Positions 1 through 14,316 of a stretch of DNA of 64,000 nucleotides are shown in pieces. Source of the DNA: Blepharisma stoltei ATCC 30299 (Eukaryota; Protista; Ciliophora); contig CBFDEM010000064.1 of NCBI GenBank assembly GCA_965603825.1, forward strand, positions 1-64,000. Reading direction: 5' to 3'. Position 1 is the first letter of the stretch. Each line of letters opens with the position of its first letter. The translations under genes and the position numbers were made by a program. The notes under the pieces were generated by a model. That model saw only the letters and a list, made by a program, of their open reading frames with translations. It did no database searches and was not told the origin of the DNA.

Positions 1-2491
1 TACACTTCCCCTCCCTGCTACCCCACACACTATCTCCGAACCCCCACCACCCCCCACCCCCCCACCCCCCCACCCCCCCACCCCCCCACCCCCCCTACCC
101 CCCCACCCCCTCCCACCCACACCCCCACCCACCCACCCCCCCACCCACCCACCCCCCACCACCCCCACCCCCCCACCCCCTCCCACCCACCCCCCTCACC
201 CCCCACACCCCCCCACCCACCCCTCACCCCAACCCCCCCCCACCCCCTACCCCCCCTCACACCCACCCCCCCACCACCCAACACCCTCACCCCCCCAACC
301 CCCCTCACACCCACACCACCCCCCCACCCCCCCACACCCTACACCCTAACACCCAACACCCACACCCAACCCCTACCCCCTCACCCCCCACCCCCCACCC
401 CCCTACCACCCTAACCCCCTACCCCCCTCCCACCCCCACCCACCCTAACCCCCTAACCCCCACCCCCTACCTCCCAACACCCTACCCACACCCTAACCCC
501 CCTAACACCCTAACCCTCACCAACACCCTAACACCCTAACACCCTACCACCCTACACCCCCAACCCCTAACACCCTCCCTACCCTACACCCTAACACCCT
601 AACCCCCTAACACCCTAACACCCACCCTAACACCCTAACACCCTAAACACCCTAACACCCTAACACCCTAACACCCTAACACCCTAACACCCTAACACCC
701 TAACACCCTAACACCCTAACACCCTAACACCCTAACACCCTAACACCCTAACACCCTAACACCCTAACACCCTAACACCCTAACACCCTAACACCCTATC
801 ACCCTAACACCCTAACACCCTAACACCCTAACACCCTAACACCCTAACACCCTAACACCCTAACACCCTAACACCCTAACACCCTAACACCCTAACACCC
901 TAACACCCTAACACCCTAACACCCTAACACCCTAACACCCTAACACCCTAACACCCTAACACCCTAACACCCTAACACCCTAACACCCTAACACCCTAAC
1001 ACCCTAACACCCTAACACCCTAACACCCTAACACCCTAACACCCTAACACCCTAACACCCTAACACCCTAACACCCTAACACCCTAACACCCTAACACCC
1101 TAACACCCTAACACCCTAACACCCTAACACCCTAACACCCTAACACCCTAACACCCTAACACCCTAACACCCTAACACCCTAACACCCTAACACCCTAAC
1201 ACCCTAACACCCTAACACCCTAACACCCTAACACCCTAACACCCTAACACCCTAACACCCTAACACCCTAACACCCTAACACCCTAACACCCTAACACCC
1301 TAACACCCTAACACCCTAACACCCTAACACCCTAACACCCTAACACCCTAACACCCTAACACCCTAACACCCTAACACCCTAACACCCTAACACCCTAAC
1401 ACCCTAACACCCTAACACCCTAACACCCTAACACCCTAACACCCTAACACCCTAACACCCTAACACCCTAACACCCTAACACCCTAACACCCTAACACCC
1501 TAACACCCTAACACCCTAACACCCTAACACCCTAACACCCTAACACCCTAACACCCTAACACCCTAACACCCTAACACCCTAACACCCTAACACCCTAAC
1601 ACCCTAACACCCTAACACCCTAACACCCTAACACCCTAACACCCTAACACCCTAACACCCTAACACCCTAACACCCTAACACCCTAACACCCTAACACCC
1701 TAACACCCTAACACCCTAACACCCTAACACCCTAACACCCTAACACCCTAACACCCTAACACCCTAACACCCTAACACCCTAACACCCTAACACCCTAAC
1801 ACCCTAACACCCTAACACCCTAACACCCTAACACCCTAACACCCTAACACCCTAACACCCTAACACCCTAACACCCTAACACCCTAACACCCTAACACCC
1901 TAACACCCTAACACCCTAACACCCTAACACCCTAACACCCTAACACCCTAACACCCTAACACCCTAACACCCTAACACCCTAACACCCTAACACCCTAAC
2001 ACCCTAACACCCTAACACCCTAACACCCTAACACCCTAACACCCTAACACCCTAACACCCTAACACCCTAACACCCTAACACCCTAACACCCTAACACCC
2101 TAACACCCTAACACCCTAACACCCTAACACCCTAACACCCTAACACCCTAACACCCTAACACCCTAACACCCTAACACCCTAACACCCTAACACCCTAAC
2201 ACCCTAACACCCTAACACCCTAACACCCTAACACCCTAACACCCTAACACCCTAACACCCTAACACCCTAACACCCTAACACCCTAACACCCTAACACCC
2301 TAACACCCTAACACCCTAACACCCTAACACCCTAACACCCTAACACCCTAACACCCTAACACCCTAACACCCTAACACCCTAACACCCTAACACCCTAAC
2401 ACCCTAACACCCTAACACCCTAACACCCTAACACCCTAACACCCTAACACCCTAACACCCTAACACCCTAACACCCTAACACCCTAACACC
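1..2491 (+). repeat. Telomere, (CCCTAACA)n C-rich strand; distal ~650 bp degenerate
   Basis: Near-perfect 8-nt CCCTAACA array from ~650 to 2491 with an abrupt junction to AT-rich DNA. This is the heterotrich (Stentor/Blepharisma) telomere unit. Confidence 0.98.
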
Positions 2492-2829
2492 TGATTTTGA
2501 TTTTAGCTATTATTTTATTATTTTTTTTTTTCAGGCTTGCAAAAATGAAAAGCATAATTTCAAAACAATATTGCATAAAAAAAATAAACATTTACAGATT
2601 TTTTGATCTATGCCTTGAAAATATTTGCAGAAAACTTGTGAAATTTCATATTATAGATCTATATTTTATTTAAGTTCATAAATTCACCTTTAATCAAGAA
2701 GGAATTGCTATTTGATTAAATTTTTTATTTTGCATTAAGGATTATTAACTTCTCTAAATATAATTGATAAATTCTATTTGTTCAAAATTATTTTAAATTA
2801 TTAAATTACAAAGTGCTCATTCTTTGTTG

Positions 2830-3345
2830 CTATTCTCGAAAAAAAAAAACTTCCCTCAGCTGCATTTTTATGCTATTTTTCGATTTAATTAGCTCTCTAT
2901 ATTCACTCCTACTTGATAACTTCATCTTAATTGGCTTTGGTGTAGTTGTGATCGCATTTGATAACATTTGTCCTGAAAACTCATAAGGAATTGTCTTCAG
3001 CTCAACTGAAGTCTCCCTTCTGAGCTTTGTTGGTGAATCAAAAGAATGCTTCCTACAAAATCCTCGGAAATTCATATGATGTGGATTTGTTGAAGGTGGA
3101 AACTTATAAGGCTCTTTAATTCCTGAGCATCTTCTAGCAATAAATTGGTTGCTTTGAAAGAGCTCCTTTTTCCTTTTAGTCCTAATAATCGAATGATAAA
3201 AAGACTTCCTTCTATTAAGGTCATCAAATGAACTGTTTGTGTTCTCTAGTTTATCTTCTTCAGTTGGTATCCTAATTATGAGTTTTCTTTGGGATTTTGG
3301 GGAAAAAGAATGCTCAGAATCTAGAGATTTAAATCTTTTGTTCAT
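2830..3345 (-). CDS. Hypothetical basic low-complexity protein (171 aa), first gene after the telomere
   Basis: Open ATG..TAG frame in AT-rich flanks; no recognisable domain. Confidence 0.6.
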   Translation of the reverse strand: MNKRFKSLDSEHSFSPKSQRKLIIRIPTEEDKLENTNSSFDDLNRRKSFYHSIIRTKRKKELFQSNQFIARRCSGIKEPYKFPPSTNPHHMNFRGFCRKHSFDSPTKLRRETSVELKTIPYEFSGQMLSNAITTTPKPIKMKLSSRSEYRELIKSKNSIKMQLREVFFFRE

Positions 3346-4134
3346 AATCCATATGGATTATTTATAGTTTAATTATCCATTTGAGTATTTAGCCATTTCT
3401 ATGATGGTCATAATATTAAGCAGAATGTTTTGGAGGAGTTTCATAAAGGAAAAGTTTCATAATAAATGTTTATTTATGAAGGAAATTATAACCAAAAAAT
3501 GTTTCTCTTTGAATTAAATTTGCAAAAAAACATCATTGAAAATTCTGAATTTTTGGATAATTTGTGGAGATTTGTAGATAAAATTTGAAGAAAAAAAGAT
3601 TTTGATGCAAAAAAAGACGATTTTGAGTAAGATGTCCCATATTTATGGAATAAATTAATAAATTAGTTTATTTCGAATAATATCCATCAAAAAAGAAATA
3701 AGCATAGATCTTTGTTTTCTGAAGATTTTTATTGATATTCTAAAATATTACCCGTCGATCCTTATGATGCTTTCATTAAAATAAAGATAAGGGGTTTAGC
3801 TAAGGAATTTAATTATTATAATAAAAATTCGCAAAATTTAGGTTTAGAAATTTATGTTTCTTTGTTATATTTCAAATTCAATTATATCTTATCATATTAT
3901 TCATATAAATAATGCTGTGCATTTATAATAAAAAGCTCTTGTCTGATCGGAAAAATAATTTTTTATATGATTTTTGAAATAGAAATGAATTGATGTAAAT
4001 AATACAAATAATTAAAAGTAATATATTTTTAAAATGAAACAACTTTGGTGCTAAATAGAAATTTAATTTGCAGACCATATTCTATTAAAGCGCTTATTTT
4101 GATAATAAAATTATTTATTTATTTATTTTCCTTG

Positions 4135-4347
4135 ATGATTTCAGTTCTTTTATTTGTAGCAGGTATTTCAATTGACAAGAAAACAGAAGACTTACAATTT
4201 GCATTCGGGGATTATGCTTTATATTGTTTTATCTCAGTCTCTTTAGTTCTTTTTACAGGCTTTATGTCAGGATTAACAGTAGGCCTGCTTATTCTTGCGA
4301 ATTTCTTAAAATTATATTTATGTTTTTACTATATATTGAGTAGTTAG
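4135..4347 (+). pseudogene. Relic of a CNNM/DUF21 metal-transporter N-terminus
   Basis: Translation contains ISVSLVLFTGFMSGLTVGLL, matching the CNNM first-TM motif LVLFAGLMSGLTLGL. Similarity stops right after it. Confidence 0.55.
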
Positions 4348-5630
4348 GGATATCAAATCTTTTTCGAAAATTGCAAAAAACGAGCCAAACAATATTTAAG
4401 TGAAAAGGAAATTCCAAAATATGGTGAATTATTATATGTGTATTAAATTTGATATTGCCCCAAAATTTAATGGGTCGCATGATATCAAAGCTTTGAGAGC
4501 TTATCGATAAAGAAACCCCTAACGCTATAGAAGTCATAAGAGGAAAATCATTAGTGATGTTGGCCCATAAGTAGCTGGAAGACCTGAAGCTGAAAAGTAT
4601 CTTAAATCATGTTATTAGAAGAATTGATGAGCTCTTACCTAGAGAACTTAGATAGTAAAAATATTACAAAATTATGAACAACTGACTTTTTAACAGTAAT
4701 AATGAAATTTAACTGGGAATGGGCTGAATTTGCTGCTTTATGTGACTGCATTAAATGATCTTGGAGTTTTAGAATATCTAGAAGCTAAATTTTGTGAATT
4801 CTACCTGATCTTAATAATATGTAGACAATATTAGTATTATTTATGAGTTTTTGATGAATGCCATAAAATAAAGGATCAAACAATTTTTTGCTCGAATTAA
4901 AAATCATTATTCAGCTAAAGATTTAATCTGAAAGATTTTAGCATCTTACAATATTTCATAATTATTTAGGGAATAACATCTGATTCAAGTTTAGATCAGA
5001 GAAAGTTATTTAACTTTTAAGAGTCATTCTCCTTAAAGCTGAAGTCAATATCAAATGGAAGCTTACTTTCATCCAAATCAGTCTGAATGGGGCGAGTAAG
5101 GCGTAAAAATCTTGTTGAAATCATCTTTTAAAGTCCATTGATAGCATTGTCAAACCCAATGGAAATCAAATTGAGCACATAAAATATAGAACTTTAATTA
5201 GATTCTAAATAAGACTAGAGGTAAGGAAAGTTAATTAGCCTTCTAGAAATGTTTTGCATAAAACTGGAGACAATAACTATTGGCAAATTTAGTAAGCATA
5301 AGCTGAAATCTTATTGAAAATACCTTTAAGAAGATTAAATAAATATCAATATCTCTTCATAATAAATTATAATTATACTTGACTTTTAATAAACAGTTCA
5401 TTTCTATAGATAAGCTGCAATTTCAGCAACACCTTAAAATATGAAGACAAAAATTTACATAATGAATGCATACAAATGGTTTTATTTATGTAATAACTCT
5501 CCTCAAACCATTTAAGATTAATTTTCATTTGCCCTTGAGGACTTGCATTTAAAATTTTATTAGATAAAGTTAAATGGTTATAGTCTAGTTCGAAAATTCA
5601 AAATTTCAGCCTTTCTTTTTTTATTTCAAA

Positions 5631-6893
5631 TTGAGGTCCTTCGGCCCTGGCATTTTAATCTACATCTTAATCTTTACTCAAACTCTTTGTAATTATGAAA
5701 ATATTTTTAGACAAGTTTTAAAAGAAATCGACTCTGATTCTACAAAAATTGGCAGCTATGCTGAAAAAATCTTACAAGCACAAAAACTCTCGAAATTAGA
5801 TAAAGATCCAGCTTTAAATTTGTTAGCATTACAGTCAAATGAAGCTATTGAAAAAGCTAAAGCAATATTTACAGTAATATCAAATAATAATATCGGGCTA
5901 TTCTGTGAAATAGAAAAACAAATTGATGCAGTTATCAAGAGCTTTTACCAAAATAAGTCAAAAGCTATTCCACAAGAAATGCATTTTGAATTTAAAAAAA
6001 TTGATATAAACTTTGAGAAGGAAAAAGAGAATTTACCGGAAGCATTAAGTAAGTTCAAAGAAGCTATTAGAATTAATCCAAATAATGCTGAAGCATACAA
6101 TGGCATAGGACTTATCTTCTTTAATGAAAAGAGATATGAAGATGCATTAGAACAATTTAACGATTCAGTTAGAATCAATCCAAACAATGCAATTTATTAT
6201 ATGAATAAAGGAAAAGCTCTTAGAGAGTTAGGGAGAAGAGAAGAAGCTATGGAATGATATAAAGAAGCTATCAGAATTGATCCAAATAATGCTAAAACAT
6301 ACAATGACATAGGAGATATCTTCTATAATGAAGAGAGATATGAAGAAGCAATAAAACATTACAATGATGCAATTAGAATCGATCCAAACAATGCAATTTA
6401 TTATTTAAATAAAGGAATGGCTCTTGAAGAGTTAGAGAGAAGAGAAGAAGCTATGGAATGCTATAAAGAAGCTATCAGAATTGATCCAAATGATGCTAAA
6501 ACATACAATGACATAGGAGATATCTTCTATAATGAAGAGAGATATGAAGAAGCAATAAAACATTACAATGATGCAGTTAGAATCGATCCAAACAATGCAA
6601 GTTATTATTTAAATAAAGGAAATGCTCTAGATGGGTTAGGCAGAAGAGAAGAAGCTATGGAATGCTATAAAGAAGCTATCAGAATTGATCCAAATAATGC
6701 TGATGCATACAATGACATAGGAACTATCTTCTTTAATGAAGAGAGATATGAAGAAGCAATAAAACATTACAATGATGCAGTTAGAATCGATCCAAACAAT
6801 GCAAGTTATTATTTAAATAAAGGAATTGCTCTATATGAGTTAGGGAGAAGAAAAGAAGCTATGGAATGCTGTAACAAAGCAAAGAGTTTATAA
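5631..6893 (+). CDS. TPR-repeat protein, copy 1 (5'-truncated; reads through TGA 6255-6257)
   Basis: Tandem 34-aa TPRs (204-nt two-repeat period). ORFs 5631-6257 and 6417-6893 share one frame. No in-frame ATG until 5979. Confidence 0.75.
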
Positions 6894-8256
6894 ATGCTTA
6901 ATCTTATTAATTATAAAGAATATTCTGCATAGATTGCTCTTATTGCATATAGCATATAAAAATATTAAATATAGCAGTTAAAGCAAAATTTATTACTTTT
7001 ACATTACAAATTTATACTAATTTTAAGATAGAAGTGTGAATGAAAATTAATGTATTATGAAAATCAAACAGAATATGAAACCAAAGCATCATGATGCTGG
7101 TAGCACCGACTCAAAGAGCGTTGAAGCAATAGCCGTGACCTCTGTCAATACTGGTGAAACTGCTTGTGAGCATATAGTATTTACATTAAAGCCACAGACC
7201 TATTGAAAAATAAAAGGGACATGTGATATTAAGAAATTATTCAAAACCTGATACTATTATAAAAATATTTGCTTTGAAATTAAAGATCTATATATATAGC
7301 ATAAGTTTCTTGCATTAAACAAAGTGCAAGGCATTAAGCTCCTCAACTGACAGTGCCCTATTAGATTTTAAAATAAAGAGCGAAGTTCTTTGCTCATGCT
7401 CAGTCCGTTATCGATTTAAATATCTTAGGTGAAGACCAAATAAATAGTGATTGAAAATTTAAATGGTATCTCCATTTTTTAATTTTTACAAACTCAAATA
7501 TTTTGACAAATTAACAAGAAAATAATGTGGGAATATTTATAAGATGTTATGATAAATTTAATTCTTCAACAATTTATTGTCATATTGAGCTTCATCTTTA
7601 CTCAAGCCAAGATTATACTAAAGATTTGTAATCCTGCACCTAATGGAGTCTGCAATATAAAACCTATTAATTACCTAATCGGCAAATTGCTGTTTGGGAA
7701 CTTATCTTTCAAATCACATGCTGTTTCTTCAAATAAACTCCATTTTACTCTAAAAGCTAAAATAAGTCAAGATAATGCTGGATTTTTATGGTTCACTATT
7801 GGAGAGTCATCCTCACCTCACTGGCAATAACCACTTAATATTTTTATTTTTCTGTATACCATAATTGATTCTATCTTTATTCAAAGAATCAAGATAAGTC
7901 ATGATTATTAAAGATCTTCCTATTTTCAATTCAAGTTCCTACTCTCATAAAAGCAGATCATTAAGGGTGAAATGTAGAAAATTAAACCTTTCATAAGTGA
8001 TTGAGGTTCTATCGCTTTTTAGATTATTTAAATTCAATAATAGGCTGATTGAGGAGTTGAGTAACTTGATCTTTGCTTTGTTTAAATATTTGCGTCTTAG
8101 AAATAGACTGCGCCTTCTATTTAAACTCTCTGAGGTTTTACAGAAAAAGCTCAAAAAAGTTATAAATGTATTTAGAATTTATTGGGTGCTATTGGCTTAT
8201 ACTAGCAATGCAGTTTGAGGTTTTAGATAATTAATATTAAATCATATTAAAATTAA

Positions 8257-9321
8257 TCAGTTACTCAAACTCTTTGTAATTATGAAAATATTTTTGAACA
8301 AATTTTAAAAGAAATTGACTCTGATTCTACAAAAATTGGCAGCTATGCCGAAAAAATCTGCCAAGCACAAAAACTATCAAGAATAGAAAAAGATCCAGCT
8401 TTAAATTTGTTAGCATTGCATTCAAATGAAGCTGTTGAAAAAGCTAAAACAATTTTTACAGTAATATCAAATAATAATATCGGGTTGTTCTGTGAAATAG
8501 AAAAACAAATAGATGCAGTTATCAAGAGCTTTTCCCAAAATAATTCGAAAGTTATTCCACAAAAACTGCATTTTGAATTCAATAGAATTATAAAAAACTA
8601 TGCAAATGAAGTGGGGAATTTACCGCCAGCGTTAAGCGAGTTCAAAGAAGCTATCAGAATTGATCCAAATCATGCACATGCATACAATAACATAGGAAGT
8701 ATTTTAAAAAATGAAAAGAGATATGAAGAAGCAATAAAACATTACAATGATGCAATTAGGATCAATCCAAACTGTGCAACTTTCTATATAAATAAAGGGA
8801 ATGCTCTTAGAGAGTTAGGTAGAAGAGAAGAAGCTATGGAATGCTATAAAGAAGCTATCAGAATTGATCCAAATAATGCTAAAACATACAATGACATAGG
8901 AGATATCTTCTTAAATGAAGAGAGATTGGAAGAAGCAATAAATCATTACAACGATGCAATTAGGATCAATCCAAACTGTGCAATTTATTATTCAAATAAA
9001 GGAAATGCTCTAGATGGGTTAGGCAGAAGAGAAGAAGCTATGGAATGCTATAAAGAAGCTACAAGAATTGATCCAAATGATGCTGATGCTTACAATGACA
9101 TAGGAACTATCTCCCATAATGAAGAGAGATATGAAGAAGCAATAAAACATTACAACGATGCAATTAGAATCAATCCAAACAAAGCACTTTATTATACAAA
9201 TAAAGGAAATGCTCTCTTTTGGTTAGGCAGAAGAGAAGAAGCTACGGAATGCTATAAAGAAGTTATCAGAATTGATCCAAATGCTGTTGGTGCATACTAT
9301 AGCATAAATTATCTTTTATAA
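8257..9321 (+). pseudogene. TPR-repeat gene, copy 2 (no start codon, decayed last repeat)
   Basis: Paralogue of 5674-6893 starting at 8261. In-frame TAA at 8254-8256; frameshifted TPR remnant at ~9310-9365. Confidence 0.65.
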
Positions 9322-10131
9322 TGAAAATAGATATGAAGTAGCAAATAAACAATTTAACGATGCATCATCATAAATTAGATGATGTATTATTAGTCAAAGC
9401 CATATAAAACGTCTGCTTAACTAAAGAATCCTATGAGCGATATTATATTCATTATATTTGAGAAAGAGTCCAGTAAGGATCTTCTAATTAATCACGACTG
9501 CTAATAAACTTCTAAACAGGCTTAATTATCAGTATAATCATCCAATTTATATTATGCAGCAATATACTTTTTTAGTTTAAAAATATTTCCATTTTTTGCT
9601 AAAGAGGGAAATAGCTTGAATATACAATATTTTGCATAAACACCAAAAATTGCAAACATAATAGGGCATGTTTGAGTTTTATCGTTAATGATATTATAAA
9701 GCAAGCAGAAAGATAATTCTATTGCAGAAACATCAAAGATGTGGCATGATGCCTTCAAATTATTAGTTTATTATGACTAATTTTACCAAAAAATAGCAAT
9801 TTTCAGTCATAACTTGTATGAGCTTATCAAGAAATCATATAAAGAGAAATCTAAATTTTTATACTTTTTTATGAGTGCTTTAGATCGCATTGCTTGATTT
9901 TCACCTTTATTGTCATTTAAGTAAGAGCTGCTATTTTATTAGCTAAATTAATTTCAATATGAAGGTTTTTTACAGTAAGAATATGAATTATTCTTAATTC
10001 TGCATTTTAAATTTTTATAGTGATCATAATTTTTATTTTCAGATTATTAATAAGTTCGTAGTGTATAATTTATGAACTTACTGTTCATAAATTTTTTAAT
10101 TAAATCTTTTTATTTTCTTAATATTTCATTT

Positions 10132-13100
10132 ATGACTGAAGCTGAAGCCAGTTATTGCCAGGATGGCAACTTTTGGAAGTTCCCCAACAGAAAATCTATT
10201 AAAAATGCAATTTTCGAGCTTTATTACCAGCTCTACTATAAATTCAGTTGTGAACAAAATTCTATACCTTGACAAAAAGGTAAAGTAGCAGCAGAAGGTA
10301 TGATATGATGCCTCCAAATAATAAGCTTACTGTGGCTTCCAGATATGTCTATCAGCAATTGAAATAAAAATATGATCATATGGAAGATTATAGGATATTT
10401 AAAATTTGACAATGTTTGCTCAGAATTAGGGATTATCAGCGAATGCTTAGTTTTATCTGTCTTATTTACCTGTACTAGTTTTTTGATATTTATTAGTTTT
10501 TTTACTGCTATTTATAATTCTTATAGCATACCCATTCTTATTTTGAACACCTTTCGCTACCTTTTTAGTTTATGGATAACTTTTTTTTTTATACCCTCGA
10601 TTCAGCTTTTTACAATTTTTCTTAAATACAATTTTTTTCCTCAGGATAAAATTGCAGAATATCAAAATCACAATGATTTTTCTGAGTTTGAAATTAGCTT
10701 GCTATTTCAAATTGGGATAATATTCTCAATTATATTTGCATTGGTTCTAATTTTGTTAAACACACAGTTTTCTGGAGATATTCGACATTCTCTGCATAAA
10801 TTAGTAATAGTTGCTAAAGCACACTCACAAGTTGATACTCATATAGCTATTTTTACGTATCTTTTACCAGTTTTTTATGCTATACTTGCTAAAAACTTTA
10901 TTATATATTTGCAAATATTAGCTATTATTTTTTCAGCGATTTTGATCAGAGAAACTATGGTAATTCGCCCTTATTTTTCTTTTTATTACACCTCAATAGC
11001 TATTTTGCGATTATTTTTTATATCATTTGTTTCTCTTATTTTTATTTTGGGTCGATTAATGGACAACTCATTAGTTATTTCTATACTTGCCATTATTTTA
11101 GGGCCATTATTGTCTATTTTTATCGTTCTGTTTACGAAAAAATCAAAAATTGCTAAAAATATCCCTGAAGACATTCAAAATATAAATTCTGAATACGAAT
11201 TAGAAAAATATTTAAGACATGCATTATGCTCAAACGATTTTGAAAATAAAGACAAGATAATTCAAATTTTTGAAAATTTCTTTATAGATAAAAGGTTAAA
11301 TTGTAGTAAACTCCTTTCCATATGAGAAGCAAACTATTGTCTATTTACATTAGAAGATAAAACATTAGCCAATATCAAGATTGCTAAAAATAAAGAAATT
11401 TCTGATTTAAATATGGAAGCGAATTATCAAGAATATTTATGCAATAAAATTATCTTAAGCAACCACTTATCTGACAGCTTAAATTTTTCTAACTTTTTTG
11501 CTGAATTCCAGAATGCTAAAAGAAAAGATAAAGAATTATGCATCAATTTACTGAGTTTTTTAAATGAAATTACTTCTATTAAGCCAAATTTGAAATATTT
11601 AAAAAAGCAGTTGAACTCAATAGATGAAAATATTTCAGTTTTGAATAAGCAATATAGCCAGTTATCGGTAAAGTATTTCAATTCTAAAGAACTTTTATCT
11701 CTTTATGCTTCATATGCAAAAGATATCATTTATGATTTAGAAAAATCTGCATTAATTGAGATGAAAATAAGATCTTTCGATAAAGTTTTTTCTAGTTCTA
11801 TTATCGATTCTAGCACTTTCAGCTTTTTAAATGAAAATAATGGAATTTTAATTATTTCAAATGAATTTGAAAACTTTGGAGAAATTCTCTATGCAAATCA
11901 CAAATCAGCTGAAATTTTAAGACTTCCTTTAAATAATTTTATCAATGACAATTTTTTTAATTTTTTCCATCCTTACCATAAAGAAAGAATTTCAAACGGA
12001 GCCAAGAAATTTGTTCAATTTAGTTCATCATTAGAAACATACTTAAGCCAAGGCTTTTTTTTAAATCTCCCAAACAATTTATTAGAATGCGTTGGAAAAC
12101 TATCGGTTACAGTAATAAATAATTTTATTGTCTCTATATTGATTTTTAGAGAAAAAGAAATCAAGAATCAAGTTGCCTTAATTTCTGATGATTACGAAAT
12201 AATTTGCCACTCAGCTAATTTTCAAAGATTCTTAGGAAATCCTAATAATAATTTTGCAGGAACAAATATCAAAAATTTATTTTTTGATTCAGAGGAATTT
12301 GATATCAAGCCTTTTGTCGCTTATACATTACCCAATTTTTTCAATAAAATGCATTTAGTCTACTCATATTACGAAATTTATGGAATAAAAGTCCCTTATG
12401 CAATATTAATAAAAGGAGACGAAGGAATCAAAACATGGAAGATTGAAGAGCTTGTCCCTAATAATAAAACGGCAAATTTGCAGGTTGTGAGCAGTCTTTT
12501 GTCAGCAAAGCTACCAGAATCGTTTGCTACTTTCAGAACTATTAGCTCATTTCAAAAAGAAAATCACTCTGAAGAAGATTTGGACTCAAAAATGGATTTA
12601 TATCGATTTACTAACGAAGCCCCTGACAAATATGATTTTTCAGATAAAAATGACGAAAATAAGTCCCAGTACTCAGCGAGTTCGTCTCAAAACAAATTTC
12701 TCAATATGCTACAAATTTCATCAAAGTCCATTAATATCCTTCATCTGGCTTTTATTTTTGCTGTGATTTTTATTTAGGTTTTAACTGTTTTAGCCGTCAA
12801 TATAGCAGTATTGGTCTATGCTTTTTCTAAAATTAATATAATAAGCGATGTGGAGCTGCCATTATATATTGGAAGAGCTGGAAAATATTTTCAGCAAGTT
12901 GCTTTATATTCTCATATGGTCTTTCAGTGCTATGTTTCTCAAATGCCTGAAGCAATCGCTCTTGTGCCAGACATATTCAGTAGAGATGTGAACTCCTTGG
13001 CAGATTTTGAAACGCTTTACTCGAATATGACAATAAAGTCAAAAAATTGAAACCACTGTTCAGGTCAAACCATTATAAACGATGTAAATGTTGATTTATG

Positions 13101-14316
13101 ACCAACAGATGGCGGAGTTAATCCAAAAAAAGTAAATTTGGTGAAAGCTGTAGCAGAATTTATAAACCATGTATAATTTATTTAGGGAAGGGATTTTACA
13201 AATAAATTTAATGACAGTTCAAGTTCGTTTGGAAACATATATGATCAGCTCCTTTTTTTAATGATGAATGGGTATGGAGAATCACTCGATTACTGCTATA
13301 GTTCGTTAAATGATATAATAAACTGTCAAGAATCTACAATGGGAGACTTTAGAACCCAAATGTCGGTTCTTTTGTTGTCAGGGCCTATTGTTCTTGCTTT
13401 GTGTATTGTGCTTATATTTCCTTTTTACTATTCAATTTTTAAAATCGAAAATGAGTTTTGGAGTAATGTCAGAAAAAGTGTTTGTACCTCATATTTTGAC
13501 TACAAACAAGCAATTTTAGATAGATTAAGAGACGTCCACTTTGAGGAAAATATTACATTTTCCAATCAAAAACCTTCTAAAAATCCAAGCACTTTTAAAA
13601 GCTATTCAAGGTATTTTTGAAGAGCGATTATTTATTTTGCAATTGTTTCTTGTTTTTGCTTAATAAATGTCTTTTATCTTTATGATCAATGTGCAAAATA
13701 TCTATCTAATCGGCCTGAGGTTATCAAGAATTTAATTCAATCACAACTCTTGTATACAAACTTAGTTATATGAACATTTCAAACCGCATCAAATATGTGG
13801 GGTTATCCATTTTGCCTGAAATTTCCTTCTGGATGCCCTTTTCCTCAATCTGACACCAAGCTTAGCGAGATTCTAACAAATATCCAAATCACAGCCTTAG
13901 CTTTAAGAAATCCCAAATTTTCCGATATTTTATCTCAAGAATTTAAAAATCTGTTATATAAAAACAATCCAGAATTTTCAAAGGATTTTTTTGAGTTTGG
14001 AACTTATTCAGCTCAGAATAGCTTAAAGTTTGAAATGCATGCTCATGCGTATGTAAGTTCTCCTCCAATTGAATTATTAACTTTCATGTGAGACACACTG
14101 TATATCGCTGATTTTTATGATAGAACTGTAACTGAAATTGATGATTATTCAAAAAGTGTGATTAATAATCAAATGAATATTATTGCTATTTCGCTAGCTG
14201 GCTTTGTTTTATGCACATTTGTAGCTTATATTGGATTTTATTTGCCTTTTTTCAAATATGAAAAAAAATATTTGCAAAAAATAAATTCGATTCTTAAAAT
14301 CATACCTAATAAATAA
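10132..14316 (+). CDS. Multi-pass membrane PAS-domain protein (TmcB/TmcC-like ciliate expanded family), copy 1, ~1384 aa
   Basis: One frame once TGA=Trp and introns 12763-12777 and 13171-13185 are applied. N-terminal TM bundle, PAS-like NGILIISNEFENFGEILYANHKSAEIL, C-terminal TMs. Confidence 0.8.
12763..12777 (+). other. 15-nt spliceosomal intron
   Basis: gtgatttttatttag; removal restores the frame; conserved in the paralogue at 17645-17659. Confidence 0.9.
13171..13185 (+). other. 15-nt spliceosomal intron
   Basis: gtataatttatttag; conserved in the paralogue at 18053-18067. Confidence 0.9.

Noticed and set aside
30-335. Gly/Val/Trp-rich ORF and apparent telomere variant repeats
   Set aside because: Translation of degraded telomere. 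The progressive drift toward C at the contig end looks like low-coverage base-calling error.
650-2491. CRISPR-like or satellite array
   Set aside because: No spacers; it is a eukaryotic telomere repeat.
5689-5710. 22-nt GT..AG as an intron supplying a TPR start
   Set aside because: Wrong length for this genome and the AG is not conserved in copy 2.
7021-8218. Short ORFs at 7057-7300, 7549-7830, 7945-8154 and 7997-8218
   Set aside because: No recognisable domain; possibly relics, but unsupported.
9552-9758. 68-aa minus-strand ORF
   Set aside because: AT-rich, non-ATG start, no homology recognised.
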